From: Candidatus Arthromitus sp. SFB-mouse-Japan
GTDB taxonomy: Bacteria; Bacillota; Clostridia; Clostridiales; Clostridiaceae
NCBI RefSeq assembly: GCF_000270205.1
Contig: NC_015913.1
Location: 120,001-152,000 of the forward strand
DNA length: 32,000 nucleotides
Direction of reading: 5' to 3'
Shown: piece after piece, positions 7,968 to 13,876 of the stretch
Layout: each line of letters begins with the position of its first letter
How positions within the stretch are numbered: the stretch's first letter is position 1
The notes under the pieces: generated by a model
Databases searched by the model: none
What the model was told of the DNA's origin: nothing
Seen by the model: only the letters and a program-made list of their open reading frames with translations
Position numbers and translations under genes: made by a program

Positions 7968-9259
7968 TTAAGATTGATAGATGTGGTTTATTTTTAGATA
8001 TGGGATTGGGTAAAACGGTTATAACTCTAACAGCTATTAATGATTTAATGTTTAATCGCTTTGAAGTCAATAAGGTTGTAATAATAGCACCTTTAAAAGT
8101 AGCAGAAGATACATGGGTTAAAGAGTTATCTAAGTGGGATCATTTAACTAATTTAAGCATGTCTCTTGTATTAGGAGATAAGAATAAGAGGATTAAGGCA
8201 TTAGAGACACAAGCAGATATATATGTGATCAATAGGGAGAATGTGTCTTGGCTTGTTACATATTTAGGTAGAGATTGGGATTTTGACATGGTGGTTATTG
8301 ATGAGTTATCCAGTTTTAAAAATCCATCTGCTAGTAGATTTAAGTCTCTTAAGAAAGTTATAGGTAAAAGTTCCAGGGTTGTTGGGTTGACGGGTACACC
8401 TAACCCTAATGGGTACATAGACCTTTGGGGTCAGATATACCTACTTGATAGTGGTGAGAGACTTGGTAAGACCTTGACTAGATTTAGGGATACTTATTTT
8501 GTACCTGATAAGAGAGATAGTTATAGGATATTTACCTATAAATTAAAATCTGGAGCGGATAAATTGATTAATAAAGAAATATCTGACATTTGTATAAGCA
8601 TGAAGGCTGATGATTATTTGGATCTACCAGATAAGATATTTGTTAATCACGAAATAAGTTTAGAAAATAGGCGGTCTTATGATGAATTAGAGAAAGAATT
8701 TTATTTTGAGTTTGATAAAGGATCTGAAGTTACAGCTGCATCTAAGTCAGTTTTAATTAATAAGTTATTGCAGTTATGTAATGGTGCAGTTTATACGGAT
8801 GGAGATAAATATCAGGTAGTGCATGATGATAAATTGGACAAGTTGGAGGAGATAGTTGAGAGTACTCTAGATAGTCCTATTTTATGTTTTTATCAGTATA
8901 AGCATGATCTGGATAGGATAATAAATAGATTTGATTTTGCGAAAGAGTTATCACAAGATAATATCGATGCTTGGAATAAGGGTAAAATTAAATTACTACT
9001 TACCCATCCAGCGTCTAGTGCTTATGGACTTAATCTACAAGATGGCGGCAATGTTATTGTGTGGTTTGGTCTTCCTTGGAATCTAGAGCTATACCAGCAA
9101 GCTAATGCCAGATTACACAGACAAGGACAAAGGCGTAATGTGTTTATACATCATTTGATTTGTGCAAATACTGTTGAGGAGAGAGTGCTAGATACACTAC
9201 AGCGTAAAGGTATAGTGCAGGATGAGTTATTAGATTACCTTGCTTTTAAATATAGATAA
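7910..9259 (+). CDS. SNF2-family (DEAD-like) helicase
   Basis: HKYQEEAI, Walker A DMGLGKT, DExx box VVIDELS, TGTP, and the C-terminal helicase motif QANARLHRQGQ. The start is TTG 7910 or, better spaced from GAGGAGG (7902-7908), GTG 7919. It overlaps the end of the VRR-NUC gene. Confidence 0.9.
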   Translation: MQGVEFRPHKYQEEAINKIIKIDRCGLFLDMGLGKTVITLTAINDLMFNRFEVNKVVIIAPLKVAEDTWVKELSKWDHLTNLSMSLVLGDKNKRIKALETQADIYVINRENVSWLVTYLGRDWDFDMVVIDELSSFKNPSASRFKSLKKVIGKSSRVVGLTGTPNPNGYIDLWGQIYLLDSGERLGKTLTRFRDTYFVPDKRDSYRIFTYKLKSGADKLINKEISDICISMKADDYLDLPDKIFVNHEISLENRRSYDELEKEFYFEFDKGSEVTAASKSVLINKLLQLCNGAVYTDGDKYQVVHDDKLDKLEEIVESTLDSPILCFYQYKHDLDRIINRFDFAKELSQDNIDAWNKGKIKLLLTHPASSAYGLNLQDGGNVIVWFGLPWNLELYQQANARLHRQGQRRNVFIHHLICANTVEERVLDTLQRKGIVQDELLDYLAFKYR

Positions 9260-9262
9260 GGA

Positions 9263-9697
9263 GTGTTTGATTTGGAATCGATTAAAGATTTGTTAGAGCA
9301 TATAAGATTTGCGGATCTAGAGATAAAGAGTTTGATGACTTTGAAGGATAGATTAGGAGCGAGAGCTCTAGCTATAACATCAAACATTTCGGAGAGAGTT
9401 AGCGGTAGTAAGGATATAGATGGTGTCTATAGTATTGTGGATGAGTATGTAGATTTAGAAAAAGTTATAATTGATAAATCTAAAGGATTACTAGAAGATA
9501 AGAAAAAAGCTTTTGATATTATTAATGGCTTGGATGATAATATGCATAGAATAGTCTTAATTGAGCGTTATTTCAATTCTGAGCCTTGGAAATCTATAGC
9601 TATACATATTAGTCGAAGTGAAAAAAGAACTCGTCAGATCCATGATAAAGCGATTAAATTATGTGAGATAAGGAGAGAGACTGATGTACGATTATGA
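9263..9697 (+). CDS. Sigma-70 region-4-like phage transcriptional activator (DUF1492/ArpU-RinA-like), probable late regulator
   Basis: The C-terminal IVLIERYFNSEPWKSIAIHISRSEKRTRQIHDKAIKL is a region-4-type HTH. Its position just upstream of the packaging genes is typical of late activators. The start is uncertain (GTG 9263 or TTG 9272). Confidence 0.6.
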   Translation: MFDLESIKDLLEHIRFADLEIKSLMTLKDRLGARALAITSNISERVSGSKDIDGVYSIVDEYVDLEKVIIDKSKGLLEDKKKAFDIINGLDDNMHRIVLIERYFNSEPWKSIAIHISRSEKRTRQIHDKAIKLCEIRRETDVRL

Positions 9698-9896
9698 TAA
9701 ATTGATAGATTTGGTAGTTGAAAAGCGAAAAGAGAAGGGTTGGTATCAGTATGATTTAGCTAATGCAGTTTATATGAATGCTAGGATTATATCTAGGATT
9801 GAGAGTAAGCGGAATGTGGTTAAGTTAGATACGTTTTTATTAATGCTTGAAGCTTTAGATTGTGAAATTGAAATAAGACCTAAGAAAAAATTTTAG
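9684..9896 (+). CDS. XRE-family HTH protein
   Basis: 70 aa. KGWYQYDLANAVYMNARIISRIESKRNVVKLDTFLLMLEAL fits the HTH_3 pattern. It overlaps the upstream gene by 14 nt. Confidence 0.7.
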   Translation: MYDYDKLIDLVVEKRKEKGWYQYDLANAVYMNARIISRIESKRNVVKLDTFLLMLEALDCEIEIRPKKKF

Positions 9897-9898
9897 CG

Positions 9899-9927
9899 TT
9901 GCTTGAGATGTAAAATCTTGATAAAAT
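9899..9927 (+). promoter_or_regulatory. Candidate sigma-A promoter of the Zn-ribbon/SHOCT gene
   Basis: TTGCTT (9899-9904), 17-nt spacer, TAAAAT (9922-9927), immediately after the stop of the preceding gene. Confidence 0.4.
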
Positions 9928-9973
9928 ATCCGTAACAAATATTTAACATTTATATTTGAGAGGATGTGTTTTT

Positions 9974-10690
9974 TTGGGGTTATTTGGTTCTAAGAAAAAA
10001 TGTGTAGCTTGTGGTGTAGGTGATGCTAAGCATAAAATAGCAAATAAAGAAGAGATATGCAAAACGTGTACTAGTAGATTAAGGGTAAATATTTTTAGCT
10101 TGAAGAAATTAACGTCTCGAGAGATTAAAGAATTTTTGTGTGATTTGGACTCATTTACTGTTACTAAAAGTGTATCGTTTTATCTGGAAGTTGATGAAAA
10201 AAATAAGAAGTTTTTAGCACCTTTATCCAAGCGTAAAATTTATGACTTTTCTCAATTAGTTGATTTTGAATTGCTTGAAGACGGCGAATCACTTGCAAAG
10301 GGAGGCTTAGGTAGAGCCTTAGTGGGAGGTGCTCTCTTTGGAGGGGTTGGTGCTATTGTTGGAGGTGTCACTGGTAAGCGTAAGGGTAAAAACATATGCA
10401 ATAGTCTGAGGATAAAAATAACTTTAGATGATATTAGCGATCCTGTTTTATACATAGATTTTATTAATGTGAGGACAGATACAAACAATCCTTTTTATAA
10501 AAATATTTTTAATTCTGCCCAGGAGTGTTTATCTATTTTGCAAGTTATATCTAATAATACACCTGATGTTTCTGTCGATACTGGTGTATCCAGTGCTGAT
10601 GAGATTCTTAAGTTCAAAGATCTATTAGATAAAGGAGTAATAACACAGGAGGAATTTGATTTAAAAAAGAAGGATTTATTAGGATTATGA
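9974..10690 (+). CDS. Zinc-ribbon (DUF4428-like) / glycine-zipper / SHOCT-domain protein, function unknown
   Basis: Preferred start is TTG 9974, with GAGAGGA 9 nt upstream, giving MGLFGSKKKCVACG...CKTC (CxxC...CxxC). Central glycine zipper GGLGRALVGGALFGGVGAIVGGVTG. C-terminal SADEILKFKDLLDKGVITQEEFDLKKKDLL matches the SHOCT motif. Confidence 0.7.
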   Translation: MGLFGSKKKCVACGVGDAKHKIANKEEICKTCTSRLRVNIFSLKKLTSREIKEFLCDLDSFTVTKSVSFYLEVDEKNKKFLAPLSKRKIYDFSQLVDFELLEDGESLAKGGLGRALVGGALFGGVGAIVGGVTGKRKGKNICNSLRIKITLDDISDPVLYIDFINVRTDTNNPFYKNIFNSAQECLSILQVISNNTPDVSVDTGVSSADEILKFKDLLDKGVITQEEFDLKKKDLLGL

Positions 10691-10699
10691 GTATGTTAG

Positions 10700-10745
10700 A
10701 GAGAGGAGATTTTTTTAATGGGATCCTCTCTTTTATATTTTTTTA
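10700..10745 (+). terminator. Rho-independent terminator
   Basis: The stem AGAGAGGA (10700-10707) pairs with TCCTCTCT (10724-10731). It is followed by the T-rich run TTTATATTTTTTT. Confidence 0.6.
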
Positions 10746-10752
10746 AAAACAC

Positions 10753-10797
10753 TTCCGTAAATTTCCCAAAAGTTCCGTAAATTTCCCATCATTTCCA
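10753..10797 (+). repeat. Helically phased direct repeats upstream of terS (candidate pac/TerS-binding or late-promoter element)
   Basis: TTCCGTAAATTTCCCA occurs at 10753-10768 and again at 10773-10788, with a partial copy ATTTCCA at 10791-10797. The TTCC core recurs at 10753, 10763, 10773, 10783 and 10793, an exact 10-bp period. Confidence 0.7.
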
Positions 10798-10853
10798 TCT
10801 TGCGTTGTGAGATAATTAGAATGTGAAAATTTGTGATAACGAGGAGGTGAGGT

Positions 10854-11276
10854 ATGACTAAGAAGCAAGAAAGATTTATAATTGAATATCTAATTGATTT
10901 GAATGCGACTCAAGCTGCAATTAGATCAGGTTATAGTAAAAAGACTGCGTACTCGATTGGGAGTGAACTGCTGAGCAAACCTGAGATAAAATCACGCATT
11001 GAGGGGTATATGCAAGAAATGAAGAGTGCTAGAGTAGCAGAACTTGAAGAAGTACTTGAGTATCTCACGTCTGTTATGAGGGGAGAATCTAGGGCTTGTG
11101 TAGTTGCTGTTGAGGGTACTGGTGATGGATGCTCATCTGCCAATATAATTAGTAAACCTCCAGATGAGAGAGAAAGATTGAAAGCTGCTGAGTTACTTGG
11201 TAGGAGATATGGGATGTTTAATGATAAACTTAAGGTTGATAGTGTTATACCTGTTGTTATAAAGGAGGACTTATGA
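10854..11276 (+). CDS. terS: Terminase small subunit (P27/Terminase_2 type)
   Basis: MTKKQERFIIEYLIDLNATQAAIRSGYSKKTAYSIGSELLSKPEIKSRIE is the classic N-terminal HTH of this family. RBS GAGGAGGTGAGG precedes the start. Confidence 0.9.
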   Translation: MTKKQERFIIEYLIDLNATQAAIRSGYSKKTAYSIGSELLSKPEIKSRIEGYMQEMKSARVAELEEVLEYLTSVMRGESRACVVAVEGTGDGCSSANIISKPPDERERLKAAELLGRRYGMFNDKLKVDSVIPVVIKEDL

Positions 11277-11704
11277 GGACTTTTGCAAGTGGAGCTATAA
11301 GAGATGACAATGATTGTAAGGGTAGATGCGATTTGATACCCCTTGATATTGTGATTAATGTAAAAGAGGATAAGCCTTTAAATTTAATACATAATTTTAA
11401 AGTATCGGGAGAAGTAGAGCATCTTATTGATTTATTAAAATTAGAAATGAATGAAGATATATATAATGTTTTGTTGGATGTTAGTCATAGGTTTGGCTTA
11501 GGTGCAATTAAATATGGAGACCATAATTGGCAAAAAGGTATACCAGCTAATGTGTATATTGATAGTGGTACTAGGCATTATCTTAAGTACATGAGGGGTG
11601 ATGATGATGAAGATCATCGTGCTGCGTATATCTGGAATATTATGTGTTGTATTTGGACATGCGAGCATTTACCAGAGCTAAATATATATGCTAAAATCGC
11701 CTAG
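11273..11704 (+). CDS. DUF5664-like protein (domain related to the N-terminal domain of dATP/dGTP diphosphohydrolases; MazG-like all-alpha fold suspected)
   Basis: FASGAIRDDNDCKGRCDLIP ... GAIKYGDHNWQKGIP...DSGTRHYLKYMRGDDDEDHRAAYIWNIM matches my recollection of the KYG..NW.kG...RH....G...EDH.aA..wN signature. The ATGA start overlaps the terS stop. Confidence 0.55.
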   Translation: MRTFASGAIRDDNDCKGRCDLIPLDIVINVKEDKPLNLIHNFKVSGEVEHLIDLLKLEMNEDIYNVLLDVSHRFGLGAIKYGDHNWQKGIPANVYIDSGTRHYLKYMRGDDDEDHRAAYIWNIMCCIWTCEHLPELNIYAKIA

Positions 11705-11715
11705 AAGGCGTTGAT

Positions 11716-12966
11716 TTGATGGTAGAGATATCTTTAAAAGATGTTGTAGGTAAGGGGTATAAGGATTTTTGGAAGTTTACAGGACGGTATAGAGTTGTTA
11801 AAGGTAGTAGAGCTAGTAAGAAATCTAAGACTACAGCTTTGTATTATATAGTTAATCTTGTGAAGCATCCTAAAGCTAATCTATTGGTTGTACGTAAAAC
11901 TTATAGGACACTTAAGGATTCGTGTTTTACGGAGCTTAAATGGGCTATAAATAGATTAGGTGTACAGGATTATTTTGATATTAAAGAGAGTCCTTTGGAG
12001 ATTATATACATACCTACAGGGCAAAGGATTTATTTTAGAGGTTTAGATGATCCATTTAAAGTAACATCGATCACAGTTGAGGTTGGTTATTTATGTTGGA
12101 TGTGGCTTGAGGAAGCTTATGAGATCAGCAATGAAGATGATTTTAATGTTTTGGACGAATCTATAAGGGGTAGCTTAGAAGCTGCTCCTTTTTTATTTAA
12201 ACAAATAACTCTCACACTAAATCCTTGGAATGAAAAGCATTGGATTAAGAAAAGGTTTTTTGACACTAAGGATGATGAAATTTTAGCTATGACGACAAAT
12301 TATATGTGTAATGAGTGGCTAGATAAATCTGATTTAAGAGTGTTTGAGACTATGAGTATCAATAATCCTAAAAGATATAAAGTCGCTGGATTAGGTGAGT
12401 GGGGTATAGTTGATGGACTTGTATATGATAATTGGGTAGAGCAGAGTTTTGATTTGAATGAAGTGCTAAAAATATCAGGTATACAATCAGCGTTTGGATT
12501 AGATTTTGGTTACACCAACGATCCATCAGCTTTGTTTTGTGGACTTATTGATAATGCTAATAAGATTATTTATGTATTTGATGAGATGTACCAAAAGAGT
12601 ATGTCTAATGAGGATATATATAATGAGATATTGAAACAGGGGTATGCAAAAGAAAGAATAATAGCTGATAGTGCTGAACCTAAATCTATTGATAGGCTTA
12701 GAGTATTAGGTCTCCATAGGATTAGAGGAGCTAGAAAAGGTCGAGATAGTGTTAATAATGGTATTGATTATATACAGGGATTTAAAATTGTAATACATCC
12801 CAAATGTGTGAATTTTTTGATTGAGATCAACAACTATACTTGGGATGTCGATAAGAGGACAGGTCAAAAGATTAATAAGCCTATTGATGATTTTAATCAT
12901 TTGATGGATGCTATGAGATACGCACTAGAAGGGTTTATAAGAGGTGATATATTTAGTTTTGATTAA
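11716..12966 (+). CDS. terL: Terminase large subunit (PBSX/XtmB family)
   Basis: Walker A-like VVKGSRASKKSKT; Walker B-like WMWLEEA; C-terminal RNaseH-like nuclease region GLDFGYTNDPSA ... DDFNHLMDAMRYAL. The start is TTG 11716 or ATG 11719. Confidence 0.93.
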   Translation: MMVEISLKDVVGKGYKDFWKFTGRYRVVKGSRASKKSKTTALYYIVNLVKHPKANLLVVRKTYRTLKDSCFTELKWAINRLGVQDYFDIKESPLEIIYIPTGQRIYFRGLDDPFKVTSITVEVGYLCWMWLEEAYEISNEDDFNVLDESIRGSLEAAPFLFKQITLTLNPWNEKHWIKKRFFDTKDDEILAMTTNYMCNEWLDKSDLRVFETMSINNPKRYKVAGLGEWGIVDGLVYDNWVEQSFDLNEVLKISGIQSAFGLDFGYTNDPSALFCGLIDNANKIIYVFDEMYQKSMSNEDIYNEILKQGYAKERIIADSAEPKSIDRLRVLGLHRIRGARKGRDSVNNGIDYIQGFKIVIHPKCVNFLIEINNYTWDVDKRTGQKINKPIDDFNHLMDAMRYALEGFIRGDIFSFD

Positions 12967-12973
12967 TAATAGG

Positions 12974-13005
12974 GGCTATTGCAAAAAAACGCAACAGCCG
13001 CTTTT
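12974..13005. terminator. Probable bidirectional terminator between convergent terL and the antisense cassette
   Basis: GGCTATTGC (12974-12982) pairs with GCAACAGCC (12991-12999) with one mismatch, around an A-rich 8-nt loop. T-run on the right and A-run in the loop. It follows the triple stop TAA TAA TAG of terL. Confidence 0.45.
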
Positions 13006-13006
13006 A

Positions 13007-13486
13007 TTAATCTTGTTCTTTTTTAGAGGATTTAGGTATTATTTTTAATTCACATCCTAAAATATCTATTATTTTGAGTAGAGTGTTTAATTGTGGGGAA
13101 GAACTTTTGTTTTCGATTCGGGCTATAGCTGATTGAGGTAAATTACAAGCAGTGGCTAGATCATGTTGAGTCATATTATTTGATTTTCTTTGTTGGATAA
13201 AATCGTAGATAAATTGGTTGTATGTATGGTTTGGAGAGTCTATTATAGTGCTGTTTTCATATAAGTGTTCTGGAGATATATCTAAATCGTCGTTCCACAC
13301 GACAGTACCACACTCTATTTTGGCTTTAGAAAATAGCACGGGGTTTTTTAGAGGTTCAAATATTTTTGTATCTAATAGAGGATTAAAATCAAAAATTCTT
13401 GTTGATCCGTCAGAAAAATTAAGTATTAGCCTGTAATCAGGTGTAGGTTCTACTTTTGTAACAACCCACATGGGTATATTGTTCAT
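13007..13486 (-). CDS. DUF2442 domain fused to a C-terminal XRE-type HTH
   Basis: The N-terminal VEPTPDYRLILNFSDGSTRIFDFNPLL...FEPLKNPVLFSKAKIECGTVVWNDDLDISPEHLY matches the DUF2442 pattern. The C-terminal MTQHDLATACNLPQSAIARIENKSSSPQLNTLLKIIDILG is an HTH_3. RBS AAGGAG lies 8 nt upstream of ATG 13486. Confidence 0.8.
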   Translation of the reverse strand: MNNIPMWVVTKVEPTPDYRLILNFSDGSTRIFDFNPLLDTKIFEPLKNPVLFSKAKIECGTVVWNDDLDISPEHLYENSTIIDSPNHTYNQFIYDFIQQRKSNNMTQHDLATACNLPQSAIARIENKSSSPQLNTLLKIIDILGCELKIIPKSSKKEQD

Positions 13487-13514
13487 GGCATAGACTCCTT
13501 TTTGTATTGTTTGT

Positions 13515-13547
13515 TAAATAGATCCACTATCGTAGTGGATCTATTTT
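13515..13547. repeat. 33-bp perfect palindrome (15-bp arms, 3-nt centre)
   Basis: TAAATAGATCCACTA tcg TAGTGGATCTATTTA. It spans the stop codon of the DUF4160 gene (13527-13529) and the short spacer before the DUF2442-HTH gene. Confidence 0.9.
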
Positions 13548-13781
13548 AAAATAATCTCCTTCTCTCATTAAGCTCCAATTTGCTATGAGTTCATCTTGGT
13601 GTATCTCAATCCACGCGACAATAAGTTTTTGATGCCTGGTGCTCATTTCTCCATCAGTTAATTTACCATCAAAGTTAAATACAGCTTTATAATTTTGATA
13701 CTCAGCGTGTAAATGCGGCGGATTGTGTTCATTCCAGTTCATGCGTATGATTATTCCGTAAAATGATGATATGACTGGCAT
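13527..13781 (-). CDS. DUF4160-family small protein
   Basis: From Met 13781 the ORF reads MPVISSFYGIIIRMNWNEHNPPHLHAEYQNYKAVF, the family-typical start and PPH.H motif. RBS GAGGT lies 7 nt upstream. The ORF-track extension to 13841 begins inside the -35 box of the promoter and is rejected. Confidence 0.8.
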   Translation of the reverse strand: MPVISSFYGIIIRMNWNEHNPPHLHAEYQNYKAVFNFDGKLTDGEMSTRHQKLIVAWIEIHQDELIANWSLMREGDYFKIDPLR

Positions 13782-13812
13782 TTTTGTACCTCGCTTTCGA
13801 TTTAATAATTTA

Positions 13813-13841
13813 ATTATATCAAATTCGATATAATTTGTCAA
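13813..13841 (-). promoter_or_regulatory. Consensus sigma-A/sigma-70 promoter with extended -10, driving the antisense cassette
   Basis: On the minus strand: TTGACA (13841-13836), 17-nt spacer, TGaTATAAT (-10 hexamer 13818-13813). The inverted repeat AATTATATC-N6-GATATAATT (13812-13835) overlaps the -10 and spacer. Confidence 0.7.
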
Positions 13842-13876
13842 TGTAGAGGTCTATAAAATGGGAGGGAGTTGGTTAG

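Noticed and set aside
12961-12972. Triple stop TAA TAA TAG at the end of terL
   Set aside because: Tandem stops are common in AT-rich genomes, and only the first is in frame and functional. This is not evidence of recoding.
13782-13841. N-terminal 20-codon extension of the DUF4160 ORF (the track start at 13841)
   Set aside because: The extension starts with the TTG inside the -35 TTGACA box of the cassette promoter and covers the -10 box. The family-typical MPxIS start at 13781 has its own GAGGT RBS.
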